Below, piece after piece: positions 1 through 11,165 of a stretch of 64,000 nucleotides of DNA. Position 1 is the first letter of the stretch; every line of letters starts with the position of its first letter. Under the pieces are notes generated by a model that ran no database searches, had not been told where the DNA came from, and was given only the letters and a program-made list of their open reading frames with translations. The translations under genes were made by a program, and so were the position numbers. The stretch is from an uncultured delta proteobacterium (GTDB lineage Bacteria > Myxococcota_A > Polyangia > Haliangiales > Haliangiaceae), in contig CAWKDB010000010.1 in assembly GCA_963848295.1 (NCBI GenBank), positions 3,392,001-3,456,000 on the forward strand, in the 5' to 3' direction.

Positions 1-134
1 ATCAACGTGCCGACCGCCGCCCCGAGGATGACGACGAACTCCGACGGCTGGAGCAGCACGCCGAAGTGGCCGCCGGCCATCGTGAAGCCGCCCGCGACGG
101 CACCGAATACGAGCAGGACTCCAAGCATGTTCAC
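1..134 (-). CDS. motA: Flagellar motor stator protein MotA, N-terminal part (runs off the window edge)
   Basis: Not in the ORF track. Manual translation from GTG 134 (or ATG 128) gives VNMLGVLLVFGAVAGGFTMAGGHFGVLLQPSEFVVILGAAVGTL, matching the MotA TM1-TM2 pattern (GG..M.GG....L.QP.E...I.GA..G). Confidence 0.8.
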   Translation of the reverse strand, partial: MNMLGVLLVFGAVAGGFTMAGGHFGVLLQPSEFVVILGAAVGTL

Positions 135-301
135 TGCACGAATCGACCAGCGCGAGAGCGAGTACAGGTGCGGCCTGTCCTACACGGACGGATTGCCCCG
201 AGGTTGTCGAGCGAAGCGGCTCGATTGACTCCTCGCCGTCATGTTTGCCGGCACACGGAAATCGGACCGGGCAAACCGCGTGGAATCGCTCGGCGCCCAG
301 A

Positions 302-317
302 TGGCATCCGGGCTGCA
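302..317 (+). promoter_or_regulatory. Putative sigma-54 (-24/-12) promoter of the Ser/Thr kinase gene
   Basis: TGGCATC-cggg-CTGCA with GG-N10-GC spacing, ending 12 nt before ATG 330. Confidence 0.55.
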
Positions 318-329
318 CATGTCGCCGGC

Positions 330-1250
330 ATGATGGAAGCGACCGCGCGGATCGGCAGTTTCAACAACGACGTGGCTGTCCTGCCACGCCGCGATCGCGA
401 TCCGTCGACACGCCTCGGCGATTACACGGTGCTCGCGCAGCTGTCGCGCGGGGGTATGTGCCGCGTCTACCTCGCGGAACATCTGACGACCGGTGAGCGC
501 GTCGCCCTCAAGATCCTCGACCCCCAGTTCGCGCGCAGCAAAGAGATCGTCGACCAGCTGTTCGCCGAGCGCGAGGTTTCCGAGCGCGTGCGTCATCCCG
601 GCCTGCTCGATGTCCGTACCGCGTGCTCGGGCGGCGATTTTCCGTACGTCGTCATGGAATATCTCGACGGCGAGAACCTCGGCGAGCTCGCCGAGAAGGG
701 CGAGCTCGAGTTCGGCGCGATCGCCGCGGTCGGCTCGCAGATCGCTGCTGCGATCGCCGCGCTCCATAGCGCGAACGTCATCCACTGCGACATCAAGCCG
801 AGCAACGTGTTCGTGCTCTATCAACAAGGCCCGGGCGGCTGGCCGCGCGTCAAGGTCATCGACTACGGCATCGCGCGCTGCCTCGACACGCCGAAGCTCG
901 AAGAGGGCACGATCGCGGGCACGCCGTCGTACATGGCACCGGAGCAATGGCAAGGCACGGTCAGCGTGAAGACCGACGTCTACTCCCTCGGCTGCCTGCT
1001 CTACGAGCTCGCGATCGGCGCGCCGCCGTTCGTCGGGCCGCTGCCGATGTTGATGGTCGCGCACACCGAGCAGCGCCCGGAGCGGCCGTCGTGGCTGCGC
1101 AAGAACATGCCGGTCGAGCTCGAGCGCGCGATCCTCGGTGCCCTGGCGAAAGACCCCGCGATGCGGCCGACGATGCTCGACCTCGCGCACACGCTCGCCG
1201 CGATCGCCGATGCGACGCTGCACGCCGAAGCCGAGCGCGCCGTCGGCTGA
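330..1250 (+). CDS. Hanks-type serine/threonine protein kinase (kinase domain only)
   Basis: GGMCRVY, VALKIL, HCDIKPSN, DYG, GTPSYMAPEQ and DVYSLG subdomain motifs. Start placed at ATG 330/333. Confidence 0.9.
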   Translation: MMEATARIGSFNNDVAVLPRRDRDPSTRLGDYTVLAQLSRGGMCRVYLAEHLTTGERVALKILDPQFARSKEIVDQLFAEREVSERVRHPGLLDVRTACSGGDFPYVVMEYLDGENLGELAEKGELEFGAIAAVGSQIAAAIAALHSANVIHCDIKPSNVFVLYQQGPGGWPRVKVIDYGIARCLDTPKLEEGTIAGTPSYMAPEQWQGTVSVKTDVYSLGCLLYELAIGAPPFVGPLPMLMVAHTEQRPERPSWLRKNMPVELERAILGALAKDPAMRPTMLDLAHTLAAIADATLHAEAERAVG

Positions 1251-1288
1251 GGTACCCGCCGATCGGCGGTCGGTGGTAAGACCGCCGG

Positions 1289-3347
<2,059 letters not shown>

Positions 3348-3486
3348 GGCGCTACCGTCGCGCCGCGCGCCGACCCGAACAACTGGGAGTTTCGCCTCCG
3401 CTGCAACCTAGAGGTGGCAGCCTCACCCGCCATGTATGGATATCGCGTCCCGCGTCGCCGGACGCGACGCGATCGATGCGGCTCGG

Positions 3487-4338
3487 TCAGGCCGGCAGCC
3501 CGGTCCACTCGGCGCTGCGCGACCACAGGCTGCTCTGCAGCTCGACATCGTCGGCGAGCTTCGACGGCTTCTTCTCGCGCCCGTCGTCGGTGTAGTAGCG
3601 CCCGGTCTCGGTCGCGAGCTCCGGATCGGTCGCGCACCGCAAGCTCGAGCGCGCGCCTTGCTCGGTCGTCACCATGAACAACTTCATCAGCCAGCGAAAC
3701 GGTTGCGGCACGCGGCGCCACACATCGCTCGCGACGACGCCGGGGTGCACGGCATAGGTCGTGACGCCGCTGCCGTCGAGCCGGCGCGCGAGCTCTTTCG
3801 TGAACAGCACGTTCGCGAGCTTCGACACTTCGTACTCGCGCAGGCCGCTCACGCTCTTCGTCGGCGCGCGTTGGGCGTCCCAGTTGATGCCCTTGGCCGC
3901 GTAATGCGAAGCGCTCGATACGTTGACGATGCGCGCATGACCGCTGTCTTTGATCCGATCGAGCAACAGGCGCGTGAACAGGTAGTGGCCGAGGTGGTTC
4001 GTGCCGAACGTCAGCTCGAAGCCATCCTTGGTCAACCCGCGCTTGCCGGCGAGGCCGGCGTTGTTGATCAGGCCGTGGATCGGAAGCTTGCGCGCGAGCA
4101 GCTCCTCGGCGCAGCGCCGCACCGATCCGAGGTCGCCGAGGTCGAGCTCGACCAGCTCGACGTTGTCGTTGCCGGTCTCGGCCTTGATCTCGGCGATCAC
4201 CGGCTCGGTCTTGCTGCGCGAGCGGCACGCGAGGATCACGTGCGCACCGCGGCGCGCGAGCTCCTGCGCGGTGATCTTGCCGATGCCGGTGTTCGCGCCG
4301 GTGACGACGAAAGTCTTGGATTCGAGGTCGCGAGTCAT
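3487..4338 (-). CDS. Short-chain dehydrogenase/reductase (retinol dehydrogenase/WWOX-like)
   Basis: TGANTGIG, NNAG, NHLGH, YEVSKLAN (YxxxK), VHPGVV. Confidence 0.92.
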   Translation of the reverse strand: MTRDLESKTFVVTGANTGIGKITAQELARRGAHVILACRSRSKTEPVIAEIKAETGNDNVELVELDLGDLGSVRRCAEELLARKLPIHGLINNAGLAGKRGLTKDGFELTFGTNHLGHYLFTRLLLDRIKDSGHARIVNVSSASHYAAKGINWDAQRAPTKSVSGLREYEVSKLANVLFTKELARRLDGSGVTTYAVHPGVVASDVWRRVPQPFRWLMKLFMVTTEQGARSSLRCATDPELATETGRYYTDDGREKKPSKLADDVELQSSLWSRSAEWTGLPA

Positions 4339-4475
4339 CGCGCGGCAACATGGGGTGCAAACCGGTATCGTCAATGGGTGATCGCGATACGTGAGCTGGC
4401 TCGCGGGTCTTACCCCGTGTTACGAACCCGATCCGCGTGCGAGGTTGGCTCGTACGCGCATCGGAGGAATCGAGC

Positions 4476-4946
4476 ATGCGTATTCGTTTCATGTCGTTAG
4501 CCGCGATCGCGGCGCTTAGCTTCACCGCTTGTCACGGCAAGAAGGCCGACACTGCGACCGCTGGAGATAATTCCGCCAGCACCAAGTCGCTCTACGATCG
4601 GCTAGGCGGCACGCCCGCGATCACCGCCGTCGTCGACGATTTCGTCGCGAACGTCGCGGCCGATGCGCGGATCAACGCGTACTTCGCCAATGCCGACATC
4701 CCGCACCTCAAGCAGATGCTCGTGCTGCAGATCTCCGAGGCCGGTGGCTGCACGACGCCCGAATGCAAGTACACGGGCAAGGACATGAAGACCGCCCACA
4801 AAGGCATGAAGATCAAAGACGCCGACTTCGATGCGCTGGTCGACGATCTCAAGAAGTCGCTCGACAAGTTCAAGGTGCCGGCGAAGGAGCAGGGAGATCT
4901 GCTCGGCGCGCTCGGGCCGATGAAGCCCGACATCGTCGGCCAGTAG
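4476..4946 (+). CDS. Group I truncated hemoglobin with lipoprotein signal peptide
   Basis: SLYDRLGG..AITAVVDDF, YTGKDMKTAHKGM (proximal His); lipobox FTAC; SD GGAGGA upstream. Confidence 0.9.
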   Translation: MRIRFMSLAAIAALSFTACHGKKADTATAGDNSASTKSLYDRLGGTPAITAVVDDFVANVAADARINAYFANADIPHLKQMLVLQISEAGGCTTPECKYTGKDMKTAHKGMKIKDADFDALVDDLKKSLDKFKVPAKEQGDLLGALGPMKPDIVGQ

Positions 4947-5040
4947 CGGCTTGCCCGCCTCCGCGATTGACACGGACCGCCCGATCGGGCGACATCGTGC
5001 GCGGAGGCACTGCACGACGAAGCAGACGAACTGACGCCAA

Positions 5041-5206
5041 TCTCGACGGACGCAGGGAAGCCGACGGCGCTACTCAGGTAGCCCCAGACGGCACAGCCCC
5101 CGCTACTGTGAACCGAGGACGACGCAGCACGGCGAAAGCCAGCCACTGGGCAACTGGGAAGGCGCTGCTAGGACGAATCGGAAGTCAGGACACCTCGCCG
5201 TCGCGA
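5041..5206 (+). ncRNA. Cobalamin (B12) riboswitch
   Basis: AGGGAA, GCCCCCGCTACTGTGA, GCCACTGGG-CAA-CTGGGAAGGC and B12-box-like AGTCAGGACACCT; closing stem CGACGG/CCGTCG; directly upstream of a TonB-dependent receptor. Confidence 0.88.
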
Positions 5207-5261
5207 CCTCGGGATGGAGGATGCGCGTCTGCGCCGTCATCCCGCGTTACGTGGGGTGACG

Positions 5262-7343
5262 ATGACTCGAATCGCTTTCATACTCGCGCTCGCTCCGGCG
5301 ATCGCGGCGGCGGACCCGACCGGCGATGTGCCGGCGGCGGGGTCCGGCGAGACGATCGTCATCGAGGGCCACGCGCCGGATCACGCGACCGCGCGGGATC
5401 GCGGGCGCGCACTCGACGAGGCGCCGTTCGTCACAGTCGTTCACCCCGACGAGCATCCCGCGACCGCCTCGGTCGCCGATGCGCTCGGTCAGACGGTCGG
5501 CGTGCAGACCCGCAGCCTCGGGGGGCTCGGCGCGTACGAGTCGATCTCGGTGCGCGGTGCCGCGCCGGGCCACACCGAAGTGCTCGTCGACGGCATCCCG
5601 CTCGCGCGCCTCGCGCAGGTGACGACCGACCTCGGCCAGTACTCCCTCGATGCGTTCGGTCGGGTCGATCTCTATCGCGGCGCGGTCCCGGTCGAGCTCG
5701 GCGGTGCGGGCGTCGGTGGCGCGCTGAACCTGGTCACGCTGCTCGGCCCGAATGCGCGCGGCGACACGGTGCAAGCCTCCGCCGGCATCGGCTCGTACGG
5801 CGCGCGCCACGTCCGCGTTCACTACGGCGATACGCACGCGGACGGCCGCGTGGTGTCGTCGACGACGCTCGGTTACTCCGGCGCGACCGGTGACTTCACG
5901 TACTTCGACAACGGCGGCACGCCGCTGAACCTCGACGACGACACGACGCAGACCCGCCACAACAACGGCTTCGATCAAGTCGACGGCGCGAGTCGCCTCG
6001 GCGCGACCGATGGCAGCGCCTCGGGAGGAATTCGCGCCGCGTACAAACACCAGGGCCTCGCGGGGAGCGTCGCTGCGCCAGCGACCGACGCTTCGCTGTC
6101 GACCGTCGACGTGATCGGCGATGCGCGTGCGCGCCACCGGATCACCGAGTGCATCACCGAACGCGAGCTCGGGTACCTGCTCGTCGAAACGCAACGGCTG
6201 CGCGATCCGCTCGGCGAGCTCGGCCTCGGCACGCAAGAGCGCGCGTATCTCACGCTGTCGGGTGGCGCCTCGTCGGCATGGACCGCGCCGGTCGCCGGCG
6301 AGAAAGCGAGCTGGGGCGTCGAGCTACGCGGCGATCACTTTCGCGACCGCGATGTCAGCGGCGTCCAACCGTCGGTCACCGGCGCGCGCGAAGCGGGCGC
6401 GGCGATGGCGAGCGTCGCTGTCGCGCTCGGGCGCGAGCTCGTCGTCACGCCCGCGATCCGGCTCGAGCTCGTGCACACCGCGCCGGCGCCGACCGAGGTC
6501 GGGCCCGATGCGATGATGCCGGTGCCATCGCGTTGGGACACGCTGCCCAGTCCGCGGTTGACCGCGCGCTACCTCGTCGCGCGCGACGTCTCGATCAAAG
6601 GCAGCGGCGGCTGGTACTCGCGGTTGCCGACGCTGGTCGAGCTGTTCGGCGATCGCGGCTATATCCTCGGCTCGCCGGACCTGCGGCCGGAGCACGGGCC
6701 CACCGCCGAGCTCGGCGCGGTGTGGGCGCCGGCGGCCGCGATCGGGGCGGTCGATCGCGTGCTGGTCGAGGTCGACGGCTTCATCAACAAGCCCCACGAC
6801 ACGATCGCGTTCATCACGAGTGCGGGCTATGTCGCGCGCGCCGAGAACATCGGCGATACGCAGAGCGCCGGCGCCGAGCTCGTCGCATCGGCGCGACTGT
6901 GGAAGCTGGTGTCGGTGACCGCGAGCTACACGCAGCTCGAGACCGAACAGCTCACGACCGACGTCAACTACGACGGCAAGGCATTGCCGCGCGAGCCCGA
7001 GCACACGTTGTACGCGCGGCTCGACGTCACGCCTCGACTCGCCGGTCGCGCGATCGATGGCTGGGCCGACGCCAGCGCGCAATCGACTAGCTTTCTCGAC
7101 AAGGCAAACCTGGGTCGCGTGCCCGGTCGCGTGCTGTTCGGCGCTGGCCTGCGCGTCGAGCTCGTCGCGCGGGTCGCGGTCGCAGCCTCGGTCTCGAACC
7201 TCGCCGACACCCGCATCGCGCAACTCCCTCTCGATCCGCCACCGAGCCCCACGTTCACGTCGACGCCGACCGCACTCGCGGATGTCGCCGGCTTTCCCTT
7301 ACCCGGGCGCAGCTTCTACGCGTCCATCGAATGGAGCCACTGA
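5262..7343 (+). CDS. TonB-dependent outer membrane receptor, probably cobalamin (BtuB-like)
   Basis: Signal peptide, TonB-box-like ETIVIEG, plug motifs SISVRG / VLVDGIP / RVDLYRG, NPDLRPE-like motif, terminal PGRSFYASIEW; sits under a B12 riboswitch. Confidence 0.88.
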   Translation: MTRIAFILALAPAIAAADPTGDVPAAGSGETIVIEGHAPDHATARDRGRALDEAPFVTVVHPDEHPATASVADALGQTVGVQTRSLGGLGAYESISVRGAAPGHTEVLVDGIPLARLAQVTTDLGQYSLDAFGRVDLYRGAVPVELGGAGVGGALNLVTLLGPNARGDTVQASAGIGSYGARHVRVHYGDTHADGRVVSSTTLGYSGATGDFTYFDNGGTPLNLDDDTTQTRHNNGFDQVDGASRLGATDGSASGGIRAAYKHQGLAGSVAAPATDASLSTVDVIGDARARHRITECITERELGYLLVETQRLRDPLGELGLGTQERAYLTLSGGASSAWTAPVAGEKASWGVELRGDHFRDRDVSGVQPSVTGAREAGAAMASVAVALGRELVVTPAIRLELVHTAPAPTEVGPDAMMPVPSRWDTLPSPRLTARYLVARDVSIKGSGGWYSRLPTLVELFGDRGYILGSPDLRPEHGPTAELGAVWAPAAAIGAVDRVLVEVDGFINKPHDTIAFITSAGYVARAENIGDTQSAGAELVASARLWKLVSVTASYTQLETEQLTTDVNYDGKALPREPEHTLYARLDVTPRLAGRAIDGWADASAQSTSFLDKANLGRVPGRVLFGAGLRVELVARVAVAASVSNLADTRIAQLPLDPPPSPTFTSTPTALADVAGFPLPGRSFYASIEWSH

Positions 7344-7345
7344 CT

Positions 7346-8479
7346 ATGACGATGAATCGACCGATCACCCTCGCGTTCGTCTCGGTTGTGCTCGCCGCGT
7401 GCGGCGACAACAGCGCGCCGCTCACCGATGCACATGGCCATGTCGGCGACGGCGGCGGCGACGCCGGCGGGTCGGGCTCGACCGCTACGGTCGCGGCGGG
7501 CGACTTCACGCCCGGCGATCCGGGCACGATGGCGACGCTCGACACCGCGAGCTTCGCGCTCGCGACGAACGTCGCGCCGGCGGGTTCGGTCGGCGACGAC
7601 CCGGTGTTGCGGCGATTCGCCGGCGAGCTCTTCATCGTCAATCGCTCGGACGGCGACAACGTCACGGTCCTCGATGCGGCGACGCACGCGCTCGTCGAGC
7701 AGGATTCGACCGGCACGGGCTCGAACCCGCAGGACGTCGCGGTGCACGGCAACAAGCTCTACGTGCCGATCTACAACGGCAAGGGCGTCGCGGTGATCAC
7801 GCGAGGCTCGAGCGACAAGCCCGCGATCATCGATCTGTCGGCGGATGATCCAGACGGCGATCCGAACTGCAACTCGGCGTTCACCGTCGGCGATGATGTC
7901 TACGTCGCTTGCGAGCTACTCGACGCGACGTTCACGCCGCGCGGCAACGGCAAGATCTACGTGATCGATACCGCGAGCGACACCGTGTCGAAGACGATCG
8001 CGATGATGAACCCGAACCCGTTCGGCGTGTTCGAACAGTTGCCGACCGGCGAGCTCGTGATCCCCACCACCGACTTTGCGAGCGGCGGATGCATCGAGAA
8101 GATCTCGACCGGCCCGAGCGCGGCCTCCGGCGGTTGCATCGTGACGAACGTGGCGCTCGGCGGGTTCGTCAATCGCTTCGACTTCCAGACCGTCGGCTCG
8201 GCGAGCATCATGTGGATCGTGGTCAACATCTCGTTCGGTGTTGGCAACGTGCAGAAGTACGACCTGACCGCGGGCATGCTCGCCGCCACGCCGATCACGC
8301 GCGGTGTCGAGGACCCAGTCGATCTCGCCGCGTGCCCCGACGGCTCGCTCGTGATCTCCGATGGCGCTTCAGGCGACGCCGGCCTGCGCGTCTACGCGAA
8401 CGACCACGAGATCAGCGGCGAAGCCCCGATCGCGATCGGCCTCCCCACCGGCAGCGCGAACGCACTGCTGTGCGACTGA
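7346..8479 (+). CDS. Lipoprotein with beta-propeller-like repeats (YncE/BtuG-like, probable B12 uptake partner)
   Basis: Lipobox LAAC; repeats such as FIVNR..DNVTVLD, NPQDVAV..KLYV and IYVIDT; starts 2 nt after the receptor stop. Confidence 0.7.
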   Translation: MTMNRPITLAFVSVVLAACGDNSAPLTDAHGHVGDGGGDAGGSGSTATVAAGDFTPGDPGTMATLDTASFALATNVAPAGSVGDDPVLRRFAGELFIVNRSDGDNVTVLDAATHALVEQDSTGTGSNPQDVAVHGNKLYVPIYNGKGVAVITRGSSDKPAIIDLSADDPDGDPNCNSAFTVGDDVYVACELLDATFTPRGNGKIYVIDTASDTVSKTIAMMNPNPFGVFEQLPTGELVIPTTDFASGGCIEKISTGPSAASGGCIVTNVALGGFVNRFDFQTVGSASIMWIVVNISFGVGNVQKYDLTAGMLAATPITRGVEDPVDLAACPDGSLVISDGASGDAGLRVYANDHEISGEAPIAIGLPTGSANALLCD

Positions 8480-8483
8480 CTCA

Positions 8484-8507
8484 GGGACGGAGCGGATTCT
8501 CCGTCCC
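8484..8507. terminator. Hairpin between convergent genes (probable terminator)
   Basis: GGGACGGAG-cggatt-CTCCGTCCC, a perfect 9-bp stem. Confidence 0.6.
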
Positions 8508-8509
8508 CG

Positions 8510-9211
8510 TCACTCGCGCGGGTGCACGCAGTAGACCTCGGCGACGATCTCGATCGTCGACGACGGCGAGGTGTTGCGATAATCGCAGCGCCACGCCGAC
8601 GCGGTTGCGCCATCGGTGATCGCGACGGGGCGCGTCGCGATCAGCTGCGCGAGCCACTGCGGATCGGCGAAGCATCCACCGGTGACGACCAGGTCGGCGG
8701 CGCGGTCGCAGCTCGCGACCGCTGTCGCGACGAGGGTCGGCCCGACCGAGATCCTCGCTTCTTTGCGGATCAAGTCGGTCTTGTTGCCATACGCGCCGGT
8801 CGGGCCGGGCGGACCCTTCGGTCCCTGCGCACCTTGAGGCCCTTGCAAGCCTTGCGGGCCTTGCAGGCCTTGCACGCCTTGTTGGCCCTCGGGCCCGGGT
8901 GGCCCGGGATCGCCTTTGCTACCGCGCGGACCTTCCGGCCCGGCCGGCCCGACGCCAGCGGGACCCGGTGGCCCGAGCGGACCCGGTGGGCCGAGCGGGC
9001 CGAGCGGCCCAGGCGGACCGGTGAGCCCTGCGTCCGAGCCTTTCGCGAGCAGCTCGGCGGCGACCGCGTGGACGTCGAGTGGTCCGCGCTTCTCGAGCGC
9101 GGCGAGGCGCTGGTCTTGCGCCGCGAGCTTCACGCCCTGCTGCTCGATCTTCTGGTCGAGCTCTCCAGACCTGCACGCGGCGAGAATGATTAGAAGCCCC
9201 GCGCGGTGCAC
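8510..9211 (-). CDS. Collagen-like (Gly-X-Y repeat) lipoprotein
   Basis: Lipobox LAAC, short coiled coil, about 25 GXY triplets, Cys-containing C-terminal domain. Confidence 0.85.
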   Translation of the reverse strand: MHRAGLLIILAACRSGELDQKIEQQGVKLAAQDQRLAALEKRGPLDVHAVAAELLAKGSDAGLTGPPGPLGPLGPPGPLGPPGPAGVGPAGPEGPRGSKGDPGPPGPEGQQGVQGLQGPQGLQGPQGAQGPKGPPGPTGAYGNKTDLIRKEARISVGPTLVATAVASCDRAADLVVTGGCFADPQWLAQLIATRPVAITDGATASAWRCDYRNTSPSSTIEIVAEVYCVHPRE

Positions 9212-9269
9212 GCCGCCATCCTACCGATTTTTTGCCCACGCGATCGAAGCGGCGTAGGACCTAAAGGCG

Positions 9270-10067
9270 ATGATCGAGCTGGTCGATGTTCGTCTCGACC
9301 ACCCGGGAGGTGGCTCTCCGCTGGTGGCGGAAGCGACGTTCTCGGTAGCGCGCGGCGAGATCGCGCTCGTGATCGGCGCGGCCGGCGTCGGAACGTCGCG
9401 GCTCGTCGCCGCGGCACTCGGCGAGGCCGTGATGGGTCGCGGTCGCATCGAAGTATTCGGCCGCGACGTCGCAAAGCTGCGGCGTGCGTCGCTCCGGCTG
9501 TTGCGCCGCCGGATCGGCATCGTGCCGCAAGACCTGTGCTTGCTCGACGATCGCAGCGCTCAGCTCAATGTCGTGCTGCCGCTCGAGATCGACGGCATTC
9601 CGCGCTCGATGTCGGTCGTGCGCGCCGCGGCGATCCTCAGCCAGCTCGGCCTGGAGTCCGAAGCGTCGCTGCCGATCGATTGCCTATCGATGTCGGCCCG
9701 CCAGCGCGTCGCGGTGGCGCGCGCGCTCGTGCGCGAGCCGGAGCTCGTGATCGCGGATCACCCGACCTGCTGGCAGGACGCGGCGGGCGCGGAGCTCGTC
9801 GCGGGCGCGCTGATGGGCGCCGCGGCCGCGGGTGCCTCGTGCCTCGTGTTCGGTCGCGACCCCGCGTTGCGCGAGATCGCCGAGCGCGAAGGTTGGCGCA
9901 TGCTCGCGATCGTCGACGGGCGCGTCCTTCCGCTCGCCGAGATCGCGCTCGCCGGCGCGGCGATCGACGAGCTGCTGGCGGATAGCCGCTCGGCGCCGAT
10001 CCGGCCCGAGAGCGAAGACGAGTTGCTGCCGAACGTGCTGCCGTTCCCGACCGCGGGGGTCGCGTGA
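9270..10067 (+). CDS. ftsE: FtsE-like ABC ATPase with degenerate catalytic motifs
   Basis: FtsE-like scaffold (LRRRIGIVPQD, RQRVAVARALV.EP) upstream of ftsX. Walker A, signature, Walker B, D-loop and H-loop are all altered. Confidence 0.75.
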   Translation: MIELVDVRLDHPGGGSPLVAEATFSVARGEIALVIGAAGVGTSRLVAAALGEAVMGRGRIEVFGRDVAKLRRASLRLLRRRIGIVPQDLCLLDDRSAQLNVVLPLEIDGIPRSMSVVRAAAILSQLGLESEASLPIDCLSMSARQRVAVARALVREPELVIADHPTCWQDAAGAELVAGALMGAAAAGASCLVFGRDPALREIAEREGWRMLAIVDGRVLPLAEIALAGAAIDELLADSRSAPIRPESEDELLPNVLPFPTAGVA

Positions 10068-10270
10068 CTCGCATGCGAACGCTGCGCATCCTGCGCAAGA
10101 CCAAGCCGGTCGCGCGGCGGTCGAGCCGCGGCGACTTCGATCTCACCGACGCGACGATGGAAGCCGACCCGGGTCCTCCTCCGGAGGCGGTGTTCGATCG
10201 GATGACCGGCCCGTTCGATCATCGTCGCCACGCGTTCGCCTCGCCCGGCTCCGCCGACGAGGAGACGTAG
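10064..10270 (+). CDS. Small hypothetical protein (68 aa) between ftsE and ftsX
   Basis: GTGA overlap with the ftsE stop; ends 4 nt before ftsX; basic N-half and acidic C-half. Confidence 0.45.
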   Translation: MTRMRTLRILRKTKPVARRSSRGDFDLTDATMEADPGPPPEAVFDRMTGPFDHRRHAFASPGSADEET

Positions 10271-10274
10271 CCAC

Positions 10275-11165
10275 GTGACGAGGCTCGCCGCCGCGCTGCG
10301 CCGCGCCGCGCGGATCGCAGTCGAGCGGCCGCGCACCGCGTGGTGGACGATGCTCGCGTTGACCGCGGCGCTGTTCGCGGTCGGCGTCGCTGGGGTCACC
10401 GCGTGGAACATCGACGCGTGGACGAGCACGCCGCGCGGCTCGGCGAGCATGGTCGTCTATCTCGGCGAAGGCGTCGACGGCGCGCGTGCCCAAGCGCTGG
10501 TCGCCGATCTGTCGAAGCTCGCCGGTGTCGAGCGCGCCGAGCTGGTGTCGCCGCAAGAGACCGCGCATCGCCTCCAGCTCGCGCTCGGTGGCGATTCGGC
10601 GTTACTCGCCGGCGTCGAGCTCGCGAGCTTGCCGGCGAGCGTCGAGGTCACGCTCGATCCCGGCGTACGCGATGTCGTCGAGATGAGCCCGACCGTGCGC
10701 GAATTGCGTGGCACGCGCGGCGTGGATGACGTGATCGTCGAAGACAGCGGCGCGGATCGGTTCGGCGCCGCGCTGCGCGTCGTGCGCGGGGTCGCGTGGG
10801 TCGGCGGCGCGCTGCTCGCAGGACTCGCGCTCGTCATCGTGCTCGCCGCGATTCGCGTCCGGCTCGATCGCGGCGCGCGCGAACAAGCGACGCTGCACTT
10901 GCTCGGCGCCAGTCCGGCCTTCTCGATCGTCCCGACCGCGCTCGCCGGTGCGCTGCAAGGCGCGCTCGCCGCGCTGCTCGCCGCCGCGGCGCTGTGGCTG
11001 TTGGTCGCGAAGTTCTCGACCGCGATCACCGCGGCACTCGCCACCGCGATCGGATCGGCGCAAGTCGCGCTGCCGTCGCTCGCCGCGGCCGCGGCGTTCG
11101 TCGCGCTCGGCGGTGCGCTCGGCCTGGTCGGCGGCAGCCTCGCCGGGGTCCCGCGTGCGCGGTAG
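10275..11165 (+). CDS. ftsX: Cell division permease FtsX
   Basis: TM1, periplasmic domain (MVVYL..., GVERAELVS, LPASVEV, GVDDV), three further TMs and the LLGAS motif. Confidence 0.85.
   Translation: MTRLAAALRRAARIAVERPRTAWWTMLALTAALFAVGVAGVTAWNIDAWTSTPRGSASMVVYLGEGVDGARAQALVADLSKLAGVERAELVSPQETAHRLQLALGGDSALLAGVELASLPASVEVTLDPGVRDVVEMSPTVRELRGTRGVDDVIVEDSGADRFGAALRVVRGVAWVGGALLAGLALVIVLAAIRVRLDRGAREQATLHLLGASPAFSIVPTALAGALQGALAALLAAAALWLLVAKFSTAITAALATAIGSAQVALPSLAAAAAFVALGGALGLVGGSLAGVPRAR

Noticed and set aside
1..134. Zorya ZorA-type defence gene
   Set aside because: The visible sequence matches classical flagellar MotA TM1-TM2, and there is no defence context.
3400..3475. Palindromes in the PHP-SDR intergenic region as an ncRNA
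   Set aside because: Imperfect GC-rich stems with no recognisable RNA family motif; may be a terminator or chance.
8510..9211. Collagen-like gene as a phage tail fibre or prophage marker
   Set aside because: It has a lipoprotein signal and there are no phage genes nearby.
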